Source: Amoebidium appalachense
Taxonomy: Eukaryota > Protista > Ichthyosporea
NCBI GenBank assembly: GCA_963693365.1
Contig: CAVNZM010000016.1
Coordinates: forward strand, 2,219,984-2,283,983
Direction of reading: 5' to 3'
DNA: 64,000 bases
Numbering within the stretch: the first letter of the stretch is position 1; each line of letters begins with the position of its first letter. Under the pieces are notes generated by a model that was not told where the DNA came from, did not search any database, and saw nothing but the letters and a program-made list of their open reading frames with translations. The position numbers were made by a program, and so were the translations under genes. Shown one piece after another: positions 1 through 25,420 of the stretch.

Positions 1-14
1 TTCTTCCTGCACAG

Positions 15-209
15 GAGGACAAAACTCACCAAGAACACTGCGACATCATCAACAAGAAGGGGTTTGCGGTTGAGAGCAGATCGCATCAGTTCAAAGATAA
101 GCCGCATGGGTTCATTCCCCGCGGTGATAGGAGCGACCCCGACACTGTTAAGGCGCAGAATGAGGCGGTGGGGATGGCGATTGACTTCCTTAAGCGGGTC
201 TGTGCTTAG
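15..209 (+). CDS. Terminal exon of a dienelactone hydrolase (DLH/CMBL-like alpha/beta hydrolase) family gene; the rest lies upstream of the window
   Basis: Acceptor ttcttcctgcacag ends at 14. The frame reads EDKTHQEHCDIINKKGFAVESRSHQFKDKPHGFIPRGDRSDPDTVKAQNEAVGMAIDFLKRVCA* (TAG 207-209). HGF..RGD followed by a helix ending in DFL matches the catalytic-His region and C-terminal helix of the DLH family. Not in the ORF track. Confidence 0.75.
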   Translation, partial: EDKTHQEHCDIINKKGFAVESRSHQFKDKPHGFIPRGDRSDPDTVKAQNEAVGMAIDFLKRVCA

Positions 210-1269
210 AGATGTCAGGTGGGTGGGGGAGGTGAGGATGGGTTGGAAGGTCGCCCCTCTTAGGGTTAGTGTTTGATGGGATGAGTTTGTTTGCATAATT
301 TTGGATGGCTATATATGGCTATGGTAAACGGGGTTGTATCTAGAAACGAGCAGCAATATTGCACGTGATGTGTTTTTTCACCTAAAACGTGAGAAAGTGG
401 GTTCGTGTATACAAGAAACGGAAGGAGCCTGCCCGTCACATCTAACATCTTAAAAGCGGCTCCTGAGGAGCAATTGTAGCTTTGTGAACAACTAAACACT
501 GCTAATCGTAATGGTGTGTTACGTTCCACCGACTTCGTCTTTTGTCCCCCCGTCCTCCCCTCCCCTCCCCACCCGCCCGCCTGACCCTTCCCCCCCTCCC
601 CCTCCACATTCTCCTTCCGTTTGCCCACTCTGTATGTGACGGTGTAGTGGGGGGGGGGGGGGGGGGGGGGGGGGGAAGGAAAGGGGGCAGCAGAGGTCTC
701 TCTTAATCATTCCATCCCTTTCTTCCTCTCTCCCTTCCCCCATCCCACCCTCCCTCCTCCTCCCCCCCCCCCCCCTCCCCCCCCAAACCCCACCCCCCAA
801 CCATCCACCTCCCACCCCCTCTGGCTCTTGCTCTCTCTTTACTGTGTGTGTATGTGCCACTTGTCCTCAGCCCCTCAACCACTGCCCTTTTGGTGTCCAG
901 AGGCCGTGCTCCAACCCTTGCCCTCCCCCCACCCCTCCCCCCCCCCCCCCCCCCGCTCTCCCCTCCCCTTCCCCCAAACACACAGAGCACACAGATCTGA
1001 GAGAAATGAGGGGGTGGGGAGAACGAGCGAGAAAGAAACCCCTTATTATTACGGCCCCTCCCTGAATTTCTCACTCCACCTCTACATCTGCTCGCTCATA
1101 CTAATGCATTTGTACCGTTTTTTAGCCCTATAAGCGGCTCCCACGTCTCAGACCTTTTGTACCGCCTCCCGCCGGGCCCTTGCCCTCAATATATGAACTC
1201 AGACTATTTCAGATCGACAAAGTCCCTATTGCTCGACCTGCGCTGTGCCTCCCCCCCCTCCCCCTCTCC

Positions 1270-1393
1270 CCCCGGTGGGAGGATGGCCAGGCTCTGCTTA
1301 CTATAATTACGTGTGCACTCTGCAATGTATTGTCTGTTTAAGGGTATATATCGTGCTTTACAAAACGTATTTAACACACTGATTGTATTCCTC

Positions 1394-1420
<27 letters not shown>
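1270..1420 (+). mobile_element. Degenerate copy of the poly(C)-terminated dispersed element
   Basis: GAGGATGG..GGCTCTGCTTA, then a T/G-rich body, then a C-run; similar to the copies at 2720-2880, 12550-12675 and 32460-32562. Confidence 0.45.
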
Positions 1421-1438
<18 letters not shown>

Positions 1439-1619
1439 ACACACACAATGTGTCACACACACATCTCAAACCCCACGTGCACAACCCCGGGTCCTGTTTG
1501 GGTGCACACACGTGCACGCCATGGGCCACACAAAACACAAAACGTTAACCTATGCTGTTTTGATCGATTTAAAGATCATATGCTTGTTGTGCAGCTGTGG
1601 TGGTGGTGGTGGTGGTGGT

Positions 1620-1659
<40 letters not shown>

Positions 1660-1899
1660 GTACATGCACCCAGAAACTTAAAGCGCTAAGAGTGCTGGTA
1701 TGAGACTGAGGATAGGAAAACAACAGACATAGCAGTATGAGTTGCCTAACAGCTACCGGACATACATATGGGTCAGAGTGGTGTGTGTTTGTATGTGCCA
1801 GGCTGTGTACACATGTGTGTTTGTGCACGTGAGTGTGTGCATGTGTGTGTGTAGCGCGCCCGTGACGTGTGTGTGTGTGGGTGGAGGAGGGGAGGAGGT

Positions 1900-2052
1900 T
1901 GGGGGGGGGGGGGGGGGGGGGGGGGGAGGGGGGTAGATTATGCCGCCAATGACAAGGGACACATTCATGACAAATGTACACGTGACAACACGACAACACA
2001 ATACAAATTTGCGAAGCACACACAGAGAATATCATATCATAAGCAGAGCCCC
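1900..2052 (-). mobile_element. Copy of the poly(C)-terminated dispersed element
   Basis: Minus strand reads GGGCTCTGCTTATGAT...GTGTTGTC...ATAATCTA then poly(C). Confidence 0.55.
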
Positions 2053-2055
2053 CCC

Positions 2056-2087
<32 letters not shown>

Positions 2088-2592
2088 CGCGGGATATTCA
2101 AACAGGCAGGGAGGGGGGAGGGGGGGGAGGGGGGGGGGATAAAATGAACGTGTACTCTGGCATACGGAACACTTGGGGTTCAATATACGTTGTCGTTAGA
2201 ATTGCGATCGATTGCGGTTCATTTATTCGCAGCCCGGATTATTTAGGAGTTACGGCTCATTACTACTACGTGCTAAAACGACACACGCAACGCTTTCTCA
2301 GACGAAATTCGATAAATTAGTTACAAAGAGCCCCCCGACTGAAATTTACAACCAGCGAAAGAAAAATTGTCAATACAATTTCTGGTGCGATTATGATAGT
2401 GCAAGCGGGTACGTGTGTGCATGCACGTATACATGTGTGTGTGCGTGTACGCATGTGTGCATGTGTCTGTCTATGCACTAAATTCAAACACACCCACAAC
2501 CAATCACTTTAACTCCATCACTCCCTGCTATTCATAGACCAACATTAGCCCCACCACTCTACGTATATGCTACTATCGAGGACTGAGTTGCT

Positions 2593-15208
<12,616 letters not shown>

Positions 15209-17661
15209 CGTGTTGCCATCGGTGGCCTAGCGAGCGTGCAAGCTGTTAGTTTAGACAAAGAATTCGAAACATGGTGTTACACATAGAAGGAAGCAACGGC
15301 TTTTTATCAGCAAGCAGCTTTTCTCTTCAACCTTAACTATAGCTTGCCTTGGGAGAGTTTGATGAGATTTGTACTTACACCTAGCCGTGCAAGATCTCGA
15401 CTAACAACAGAAAGGCACACGCGCAGGCAATCACTCCTTGCTCCCCAACAACAAAAAATAGGAGCACCACAGATGTGATCAAGGAGAGGGAAAGGTGCTC
15501 CGCAAAAAAAAAAAAAAAAAAAGAGGGTCGGGGGGAGAGAGGGGAGGGGGGAGAGTCAAAGCCGCCAATGCTTTAGGCATGGAGGAGGTAGGTGAACGCT
15601 TATTTAATAGGAAAGGGGCTGGAGAGGGGGAGGGGGAGGGACGCAGGGGAGGAGAGGGGGGGAAGGGGGGGGGATCGGCGCAGGGGGGGGAAGGGGGGAG
15701 GGGGGAGAAGGCGGTAGCTTTCAGGACACAACCAAGAAAACATCCGCTAGAAAGAGGAAACTGGAGACTACATCATTGTATGTGTATGTTGCCATGTTAT
15801 CTTTCACCTTGTCTGTGTAATCTGCAAGCCGGTTTTCCCGTGTGCTAAACTGCTTAGAAGCCAGGCCAACTGCAAACTTGACATGATTCTGTGCGCATGA
15901 CAAACGTGGCAAACCGGGAAGAAAGGAAGGAAAGGGAACACACCAGCATAGTTGGCCCAGTTCTCTGTATTGACGGCATTTTCGGTGGAGCGACCTGGAG
16001 GGGAAAAAAGAGGGTTGGCATCAGCAACAGCCCAAAGCAGACACGCTTTGGTCTCTATTAGGTTTCCAACGCTGCAAACCGACAAGCAACTCTCTTCTAC
16101 TCTAGTTACTCTAGTGAAGGATGTAACTTAACAAGCTTCCATGATCTTAGAATTTAAAGCTTATTTTACGTAGAAAGCGCCATTCACCAATCCCCCAATC
16201 CTGCACAGTATCTGTATTCCGCCCTTAGCTACAAAAACGCAAGTAAGTGGATGTTCACGACCCAACACCAGCATATGCATGCAGCATTTCTCTGGATCCT
16301 CGTGTAATTCAGAGAACATAAGTAAACGAATAAGTGTTTCAAAGCACACCTTTTGGTATACAACTAGCTATGAATTATCTCTCTCCTCCTCTGTCGCCGG
16401 TATGCCTAATGAGAACGTTGTTTTTGGTTTGCGCAGTACACAGAATATAGTGCGAGCTCCTTACCCGCGCAAAACGGAAGAAACGTGTGCCCGTATGCAT
16501 TTCGCGCATGGATTCATGATCAATACTTTTCAGTGAGGTTCGGCACCAAAAAGCCTAACGACAGGACAAGGTGGTTTTCACGATAAAAAAGATTTGATAA
16601 AACAAAGGGAAATAAGTAATATGTAAAAGTATACCATTGAAATCATTTCTTTTGCGTACTAACCATGTATTTGTAGTGTTCTGTAAATATACTACCCTAC
16701 ACAGTATTTGATAAAATGCATTCTGGGATATTCTTACACTGTTTTGCACCTCTCTGCTATTCCCGCACGGATTGGTGGAGAGAGAATCAATGAAAAATCA
16801 GCGCCCCTTTTGATTGGTGTTCTAGATATGTACTTGGCTTATCACCTTGCTGACCTGCAACGAATCAATATCAGATTTGGAATTGTCAAAAGCCCGCCAA
16901 ATGTCTCTCTCCTCTCTCTCTCTAGTCTCCAAGGCTATCTACCCACTGGCTTGCGACATACAAGGTATGTACATGTTGAGCCGGGCCGCAGGGAGACAGT
17001 CACTCATCACTCAAAGTGACTACTCTCTCTCTCTCTTTCTCTTCGAATTCGCCATTCCCCCCCCCCTCCTCTTATGTTGTTTGTGCACATACATTTTATT
17101 TTCTGTAAACGTAATTGGAATAATGAAGGCGCGCCATCAACAGGTCAACTCAACCACTTGGAGCTTTTTGGAGCTCTTTCACCCCCAGGCCCTCTCTCCC
17201 TATGTATTACATACGCACTATTGCTGCAAACGTCATGAAGTAAACCGACCGATGATATTATTAGCGCCAGCAATAGTAAAGGTGCATCTACTTGAACCAA
17301 CTCAACTGGTGCGGGTGCCGAACTGCATTGAATATGATTCGGAGCTTTTGACACTTTGAACCCCTTTAACGTGCTTTTGTGCTAAACACACGTGTCAAAC
17401 GTCAAAAACACGGTGCGCATACCACGAGTTTTTGGGTCTGCCCGGACTTAACCGCATCTTTCCCTTTTCCTATTCCACCCAAGCTCTGTGAGTCCCGCGT
17501 TTCCCAGCTACTCTCCGTTTACCCTTCAAAGTTGTATGCAAAATCTCTAGAATCCAGCAATGGGCTTTTAGTTCTTGATGAGATTTGGCTTTTGGGCTGT
17601 TCCTCGTTTTTCGTTCTAATTATTAGGTTTTTCTTTTTGGAACGCACACTACTGTTCAAGC

Positions 17662-19857
17662 ATGGAGCACCAGGGAATGGCTGACCGTTTTGATGCAAAC
17701 ATCAGTGACACCATGCCTGACATATTCTGGCTTGGAAATAGAACTCACTGGGAGTCTATCCCAAGCGAGGCAGAGATCGGAAAGGCTTTTGACATGCTAA
17801 TAATTGGGGCAAGGACTGTGGAGGAGCAGAGAGGTCATGTTCCTGTACGCATAGGCGTCTCTTACTCTGGTATTGGGGAAACGGACTTTTCAGCCACGAT
17901 TCTCGCCAGATTAGAACCGCTTCTTTCCATGTTCCGTACTCAGCTTTACTTGTTTTTTGACTCTGAAGAGCAGTCTGAATTTGTCCTTTCTCACAGTATA
18001 CCCAAGCTATTCACCAACGTTTCTCTTGTCGGCCGCGTTAGTCTTTCTCCGGACGTGCCCATTAACACTACCATAACGTCTCTCTCCATTTCTTCGGTCA
18101 AGTTTCCGCACGGCTTGCCCCAGCTGGGAAAGCTCGAACGTCTGCGCAAACTACACATTTCACCGTTTTCCGGTGCAAAAAACTCACAACATGAGAATGA
18201 ATTCTGGCCAAGCACTCCATCATCCCTCCCGTTCGTCTCAACTCTAAGGGAGCTTCAGGCTTTTACGTTGCACGAGTGCGCGAGACTGCAACATCCACCA
18301 CAATTCTTCTCCCCGGCGCATTTGACACATCTCGATTTAAGCTCATGTCCCAACCTATCAGCGCAATTTCACACTACGTTGTCGTCCTGTACAAACATTC
18401 GGAACGTTCACCTTCGTGGTATACATAGTCTGGAAAACGTTAACTGGGCCCAGTTCACCCCACTTCTTGAAACCGTGGATGTGGGAGGATGTGCACGGAT
18501 GACAAGCATTTCTGCTTTACGCTCGTGTTCGAATTTGACAGAACTAATTGCAGACCATTGTCCCGGCCTCATTCAAACGGATGGACTAAGCTCATGTTCC
18601 AATCTGCGCACTGTTGATTTCAGTTTCACCGATGTTCCAAACAAAAACACGTTTGTGGGTTTGCGCAACATCACACATTTCGTCTTTTCCGGTAGTAAGT
18701 GGACGGAGACGGATTTCTGGTTTCTCACCGAGAACAGACAGCTGGAGTCTATTGTTCTTCGTCATTGCCCACACCTGAGAAACGTGCGTTTTCTTTGTAT
18801 GGCAACTCGCCTCATCAGTGTGGATATTTCAAGCAGCAAGAAGATCCAACACATGCCCCTCGGCCACTCGGTCGATTTGGAGGTGCTATGCGCCAACTAC
18901 GCGCGAACTTGCGATTTGGAAGAGATCATGTCGTGTCGCAACCTGAGACATCTAGATCTTCGCACGGGAATTCAGGTGAAATGGCCGGAGCACATTTCCC
19001 GCATGCCCGAACTGAACACGCTTTTCCTTCACGCCATCAAGCACTGGAACCTCGTCCCCCTTTCCTCATGCTCCTGTCTTCGCGTTCTTCAGATTGCACG
19101 CATGCCTGATGTTACGTCCATTGAGCCGCTCGCGCAGTGTTACGTCCTCGAGATTCTCCGTTTGGGTTTCGCGCCAGGAATCAAGGAGATTGGTTCGGTG
19201 AGTACTCTGCCAGGCCTTCGAGAGTTGGTGATTGCGTTTGGGATGGATCTGTATTCCGACACGCCATCACAGGAAGTCGCCATGTTCGAGATGCTTCTCA
19301 ACGGGTCCACCTCCACGTGTTTTGTCATCGGCGATGAAACCGAGCATTACGTTCGTCTCGTCGGTTCGGATGTTACAGGGATCGATGCTGTCGCGGCGTG
19401 CAGGAGATTAGAAAAGTTGGTTATCGCTGGTTTGGACAGGGTGGAAACGGTGAATAACGTAGGGCAGTGCCGCAATCTGACATCATTTGCGGCGATTCAC
19501 TGCGGCAGTTTGAAGGACTGTTCGGGCCTGAAAAGTTGTTCCTCCCTACGTTCCTTTTTTGTTGACGGGTGTCAGCGCCTCCCCCCGCTTTCACATCTTC
19601 GGAGAGATCTACTCGCAAAACAGAATACGACGGATTCGCGGGTGCAAAAGGGAGCAGATTTGTTTCAGGTGCCACCACCACCACCACGAACAGGGAAAAC
19701 GGAGGTTGGGGAGGGCTCGGAAGGCGTGGGACGGTGGGAGGAAAAGTTGGCATGTAGTGAAGAAGAATGCGAGTTGAGCGAAAACGAGAAGGAGAAGGAG
19801 ACGGGGAAAGGATTAAGGGAGGAACCGCTTGGAGATAAGACACCCAAGCCTGCTTGA
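17662..19857 (+). CDS. Intronless leucine-rich-repeat protein, 731 aa
   Basis: Uninterrupted ORF with many cysteine-containing LxxLxLxxC repeats (LTHLDLSSCPNL, LETVDVGGCARM, LRSCSNLTELIADHCPGL, LSSCSNLRTVDFS, LKSCSSLRSFFVDGCQRL) and a Pro/Glu/Lys-rich tail. No signal peptide or TM segment seen. Confidence 0.88.
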   Translation: MEHQGMADRFDANISDTMPDIFWLGNRTHWESIPSEAEIGKAFDMLIIGARTVEEQRGHVPVRIGVSYSGIGETDFSATILARLEPLLSMFRTQLYLFFDSEEQSEFVLSHSIPKLFTNVSLVGRVSLSPDVPINTTITSLSISSVKFPHGLPQLGKLERLRKLHISPFSGAKNSQHENEFWPSTPSSLPFVSTLRELQAFTLHECARLQHPPQFFSPAHLTHLDLSSCPNLSAQFHTTLSSCTNIRNVHLRGIHSLENVNWAQFTPLLETVDVGGCARMTSISALRSCSNLTELIADHCPGLIQTDGLSSCSNLRTVDFSFTDVPNKNTFVGLRNITHFVFSGSKWTETDFWFLTENRQLESIVLRHCPHLRNVRFLCMATRLISVDISSSKKIQHMPLGHSVDLEVLCANYARTCDLEEIMSCRNLRHLDLRTGIQVKWPEHISRMPELNTLFLHAIKHWNLVPLSSCSCLRVLQIARMPDVTSIEPLAQCYVLEILRLGFAPGIKEIGSVSTLPGLRELVIAFGMDLYSDTPSQEVAMFEMLLNGSTSTCFVIGDETEHYVRLVGSDVTGIDAVAACRRLEKLVIAGLDRVETVNNVGQCRNLTSFAAIHCGSLKDCSGLKSCSSLRSFFVDGCQRLPPLSHLRRDLLAKQNTTDSRVQKGADLFQVPPPPPRTGKTEVGEGSEGVGRWEEKLACSEEECELSENEKEKETGKGLREEPLGDKTPKPA

Positions 19858-20498
19858 AACGGTGAAATTTAACTATTTATTTTTTACTTTAAAACTAAAA
19901 AAAATTATAGCGAGTGGCTGTTGATTGTTGGTGGTATTCCTAGGGAGAGGGGGGGGGGGGGGGGGGGGGAGGGGGGGGGGGGGAAGGGGGTTAGAGCACA
20001 TACCACGAAGTTGTCAATCCTGTTCTGGAGGGGGTTCCAGCTTCTTGATGTAAAACCCAATGTATATTTGGAAGGCAAAATTGCTAACCCCATGCCTGCT
20101 GGCTCTTTGTCTTTTTCCTTGTTCTTTCTTTCCCGCTCTAGGCTGGCCAGTGGGTTTTCCATTAATTGTGTTTGTTTTCTTCGGTTTCTTTCTCATTTTT
20201 CCTGTATGGTAGGTGGAAATTTTTAATGCGTTTCACGGGCTTCTCAGATAGTAAGGGGGGAGGGGGAGGAGGGGGGGGGGGGGGGGGGGGGGGGAGGGGG
20301 GGGGGAGGGGGGGGGGGGGGGGGGGGGACTTGAACGTGTGTAACATGTGTGTGTGCTTGTTATGTTTTGTTATGATTAGTGTAGCTAACTATCATTGATG
20401 GGGGAGGCCGCAAGTGTTTGGTTGCATGGGGTGCCTTAACGGTGTAAGAATGTGTATTTGTGGGTATGCGAAAGTGTAGCCGATAACGGTGGCAAGGA

Positions 20499-20554
<56 letters not shown>

Positions 20555-21291
20555 AATTCGAGAACTTGTGTGTTTGTTTCGTAACAATGATTGACAAGTA
20601 TGATAATCTGCGACTGTTGACTCCTCGTCTTCTGAAAATGACGGTTATATGTGGGCTTTATACGACATGTGTGACCACTATTATGCTGGCAGCGCGCAGC
20701 ACTTATTATTCTGATGCTGTAATAATCCATTTTGCTTATTATTTGATTAAGCGGAGTAAAAATTAATATTATGTATGCGAAGAAGGCTGGATGGCCGTAT
20801 TGCACCACGTTCAACGCAAACATATGATTGGTCCAGATCGAATTATGTTTGATCGGATCGTCCATATTAGGAAACTGCAAAAAAACCGTTCGTGGAAAGG
20901 GAGCCCCTACTTATATGTATATATATGTGATGGTGATTTGGTATATTATGTCTGAACACAAAAAGACTCGGTCCGAATCTGATCCCCGTCCCAGGAAGAG
21001 GTGTCATATATTTGTAGCGCCAAATTCAATCAACTCATTCCGCCAATATTCGACTATGATTCTGACAGTGATTGGTTCCCAGCCGTTAGATTATATCGGA
21101 GTTTAATTTTGTTTATAATGTCAGTGTTTGATTGGCCGACAGAACAACATCCCCCCTCCCCTCTCCTTCCCCCCCCCCCCCCCTCCCCCCAGTGGTTGGG
21201 GTGCTCTTTGGTTGGGAGACTACAGGGGTGGTCCTATGTAAATTTAAGAATTTCCGAATCTAAGATTTTAGCCCTAGAAATTGTTTGAAAT

Positions 21292-21567
21292 ATTTTTTCT
21301 TTTGACTGGATTTATTCGACGGAAAGATATGCAAGTATGCACGGCATACTGAGAAGACAATAAAAACTTCCACGAGTTATCCAGTAACAAATGCATACTG
21401 AGATACCTGAACACTGTGTGAAAATCATATAAATACTCAATGTGACGACCAACAGAATTCAACAAAAAGTCTAAAGTGTTCACATTGCCAGCTAGTGTAG
21501 CAGACACCCGTAGGGAAAGAGGTAAAACGCGACATAAAAACTCACACCTATCAACATGCTTGCGATT
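21292..21567 (-). mobile_element. 5'-truncated LINE family A 3' end
   Basis: Near-identical to 60164-60445 (ORF2 C-terminus, 3'UTR, A-tail); flanked by tgaaatattt / tgaatattt, a possible TSD. Confidence 0.9.
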
Positions 21568-21705
21568 GAATATTTAAGATTCTAGCTGGCTAGCCCCCAC
21601 AGTAGCCCCAAATTTCCGCCCAGCCAGCGGCCTCTACGCTCGATTGCGAATATTTTGCGCAATCAGCATGACGTCATCCGAATATTTTTTTTATTTTTTT
21701 TTGGG

Positions 21706-21756
<51 letters not shown>

Positions 21757-22186
21757 ACGGTTAAGGTTGGGGTGTGGGTGTCGGGGTAAGTGTTGATCGT
21801 GCATTTAGAGTCTTTGTCTTGGTAGGTTTTTTTTTTTTTTTTTTTTTTGAAACGTGCAAGGGTGCACACTGTTGTCCTTTTTCTTTTGGGTAACGATGGC
21901 CATAAGTGTTAGTGTATGTGGCGCTCGCGCGCTGGCGGTGTGTGTGCACAATCAAAAAACCATGTTCAAGTGCAGCAGAGATATTTACTATGACTTCCAG
22001 TCTAGTTTGAAGCTTTTGAAGAACAAACGGAAACATTTGCTTCGTTACCAGGCGAAAGAGGTCAATGTGCGTGTGTGCGTGTGTGTGTGTGCGTGTGTGT
22101 GTGTGTGTGTGCGTGCGTGCATGTGTGGGTGCGCGCACGTGTGTCCCACAGACTGTAGTAGGGAAAGTGTGAAACGGTTTACATAA

Positions 22187-22705
22187 TACCGTAATGGCTC
22201 ACTGTACCCAGACAAGACAATATGTTCATTTACTCATGAGCGACCATCAAAACGTCCACCAGATGCACCTACCGCAGATGCACAGCCAGAAAAACATCGC
22301 CTTAGACTAAGCACAACACCTATTCACAATACACTACCCATTAAAAATAACACCACACCACTCCGTAGAAACAAAATAGCAACCATGCCGAAACCTTCGG
22401 TTGAAACAGTACTGGCAGAACTTGCCCTCGTTAAGAAACAGCTAGATGAGCTGTTACCACTCAAGAACATGATAGAAAAACTCCAAACAGAAAATGCCCA
22501 ACTCAAGCTCACCATTGATTCACTCACAGCCCAGCTAAACAGTAGTGGATTGCAAAACCCCAAAACTCGAGCAAACAACTCGCGAACGAGACATTTTCAC
22601 CCCAACACAAAACAACACAGGACCGGAAGCACAGCCCCCGGCAGAGTTCCTGGAATAAGCGAACTCTCTTAATACACCCGAGCTCCGCCAAATTGCCAAG
22701 GAAAC
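22187..22705 (+). pseudogene. Low-complexity plus coiled-coil ORF fragment, possibly a LINE ORF1 remnant
   Basis: Open frame ...RPSKRPPDAPT...MPKPSVETVLAELALVKKQLDELLPLKNMIEKLQTENAQLKLTIDSLTAQL, abutting the oppositely oriented LINE-B copy at ~22709. Confidence 0.4.
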
Positions 22706-22708
22706 ATA

Positions 22709-24345
22709 TGAGACCTCTAGTGCGAGAAAAAACATATGAAAGGTGCCCATTAACCACAGCTCTAACATAGGTTTGAGACAAGAGTGCTTCTAACAAAACA
22801 CCAATGCAGTGTGGTACACCCCGTGCAGCAAGCTTTTCCCATAGGAGACCAGGGGAGACAGAATCGTAAGCAGTTTTCCAATCAATAAAACCAACATATC
22901 ACGCACCAACTTGCATAGAATCGTGCAGTGCCATTATTTAAACATAACATGAATTGTTTTTACGGAAAGCGGATTGGCATGGGTGTATGTGAAGAATAGA
23001 TTGAAACCTAGGGTGAGGTGCAAATAACCTAAGTAAGCAAGCTTCAAAGAATCTACAAACAACCTGGGTTAGTGTCATGGGGCGAAAAGATGATATGGGG
23101 CCCTCAGAGTCCTTCTTAAATATGGGGATCACTAGGTATCTAACCAAGATGACGGGACATGTCCACATTTAACACACCAAGAAAAGAGAGAGCTTAACAT
23201 AATAGTAAGATCAGGTTTAATAGCACGACCACTTTCCTTTTGTGGGTAGGAGGGAACAAGGATTTTAAGAAACCCAGCAGGAAGTCCATCAGGTCCACAA
23301 GACTTACTAGAGCTATAACTAGATATCACAGACCATATGGTATCGGGACTGAAAAAGGGGAGGATCGATTCTATGGGGATAGATGGGTCTACAGGCCACA
23401 CAATAGGTTTCTGAGCGGGGGTCCTATCTTTAAACAGTTCCGAGAAATACTTATCAGAGTCTATGAGGGGGTGTCCAGTGGTATCACCAATAGTATATAC
23501 GAGAGGGGGGCCAAATCGATTCATACTAGCAAGCCGGCGCAAGCTTCCTTTTGAGACAGGGGCTCACCTAGTCTAGCGGGAGTGGTGTTTGGTAACAAGA
23601 GAGCATCGGGATATTCCTTCCTACCACCACCAGCATAATCACCGAGATCTATTAAATCATCAACAATAAAGTTAGTGCATGTATCTAGTACCAGATGTGA
23701 ACCTGGTCTGGCTTGTGCAGATTCTAATAGGCGCATATATATAGGATGTTTCGTTGCATAGCATACACATACATCAACTCTACCCCACTATGACTTGAGC
23801 TGGGATAGACGGAGGCGAAAGGTGGGAGGAGGAGGAGGGAGCAGATCAAGGGAGATCTTAGGTAGGAAAAGGATAGGAGAGTGGTCAGATGACCTAGAGA
23901 GGTTAGGAGGGAAAGAGAGTTTTGACATGGTTGATGGCCAAAAGGCCACTCCCCAGTCGGTGTTGTGGGCATGGGATATTTGAGGGAACCGCAAAGTGTG
24001 ACTTTGGACATACCTTGCTAAAGGGGTAGCGCGCCCCGGGACACCCAACACTCACTTGCAGTGTGTCTGTGTGGTCGCGTGTTAAAATCACCTAAAATAA
24101 CAGTGGATATTGGTAACTGTGACAACTCGTGAGTCAATTCGGCAACCGACATAGATGGTGGGTAATATACAAAAACATTAGAAAGAAACTCTATAGAAAC
24201 CGAGAATTCCGCAAATCACTGTAAACGTGTGGTTATTTGCCTGTTGTTGTATGTAGCTGATTTTATCGTCGAGTGTCCCGGGGGGGAGGCCCTTTTGGGG
24301 GCCCAGTGTCCGATCATTCCAGAAGAAGAAGCATAAATTAGGCAT
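22709..24345 (-). mobile_element. Degenerate LINE family B copy: APE endonuclease plus N-terminal half of RT, with stops, frameshifts and an internal deletion
   Basis: ATG at 24345 gives MPNLCFFFWNDR (APE N-terminus), followed by LPPS, VILGDFN and SDH motifs. 22709-23492 is highly similar to 40833-41614 (KSCGPDG, SFRP.TL, QSAFRK, IDWKTAYDSV). Confidence 0.9.
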
Positions 24346-24649
24346 CGGTTTGGTCCGACGCCTGTTGCCTGTGGGGTTGGTTCCCACTTGTCGCTTACGG
24401 GGTCGTATGCACGACCTTCCGCCAGCGCGAACAGTTCGGAGAAGAGCTCGATTTCCATCTTCGCATCGGCGTTTGCGCTCGAGTAGTTTCTCACCAGAAA
24501 ACATCGGTTCCTTCGTGTCCGTGTCTATCACGCTCGTAGCATCGTTTTCTAACTTTGCGAGGAACTCTTTTGCCTTGCTGATTCGTACACGACAGCGTGT
24601 GGCGCACGCATTCTTAGCAGACACTCATACCGCTGTCGGAGTTCCAGAG

Positions 24650-25300
24650 AACTGAAATTACCACCGGGGGAGTTAGAGATAACAGAAATTACCTCTCGCT
24701 ATCTCACTCCCTCTTTCTTTTCTCTTCCTGTTTTTTCTGCCTTTTCGCGTTATTACCATACGCAGTATAAGTTTCTTTCTCGTTCTGATAGAGAAATCAA
24801 AGGTAAAACTCAGTCGGCATGTGTTACGTTCCTTAGGCAACACCGTACTGATCATTATCGCTTTTTGGGAGCTTTGGCAGGATACATTTCTCCTGCTGTA
24901 CGTATGGATACCGCCCTAGTAGATAAGTCTGTATGGTGCTCTGATGTTGATATTGCCTGGGAAGTTGTGCAGTGGCGCTGTAATTCTTGTTTTCATCGCC
25001 GCTGGTGCCACTTTTGTGCTGACCTTTTTAATCGCAAGCATGTTGATAGGTGTGAATTTTTATGTCGCGTTTTACCTCTTTCCCTCCGGGTATCTGCTAC
25101 ACTAGCTGGCAATGTGAACACTTTAGACTTTTTGTTGAATTCTGTTGGTCGTCACATTGAGTATTTATATGATTTTCACACAGTGTTCAGGTATCTCAGT
25201 ATGCACTTGTTACTGGATAACTCGTGAAGTTTTTATTGTCTTCTCAGTATGCCGTGCATACTTGTCATATCTTTCCGTCGAATAAATCCAGTCAAAAGAC

Positions 25301-25345
<45 letters not shown>

Positions 25346-25420
25346 ACCACCGGGGGCGTTAGAGATTACTGAAATTACCACCGGGGGAGTTAGAGATAAC
25401 TGAAATTACCACCGGGGGAT
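24650..25420 (+). repeat. ~30-bp tandem repeat ACTGAAATTACCACCGGGGGAGTTAGAGATA, split by a LINE-A insertion
   Basis: Units at 24651-24693 and 25341-25418. Confidence 0.85.
24692..25342 (+). mobile_element. 5'-truncated LINE family A copy with a ~40-nt poly(A) tail and TSD
   Basis: Matches the reverse complement of 60165-60783; AAATTACC is duplicated at 24686-24693 and 25341-25348. Confidence 0.93.

Noticed and set aside
19990-20255. Possible APE endonuclease remnant (GMGLAIL) on the minus strand
   Set aside because: A single weak motif with no GDFN/SDH and no match to LINE-A or LINE-B.
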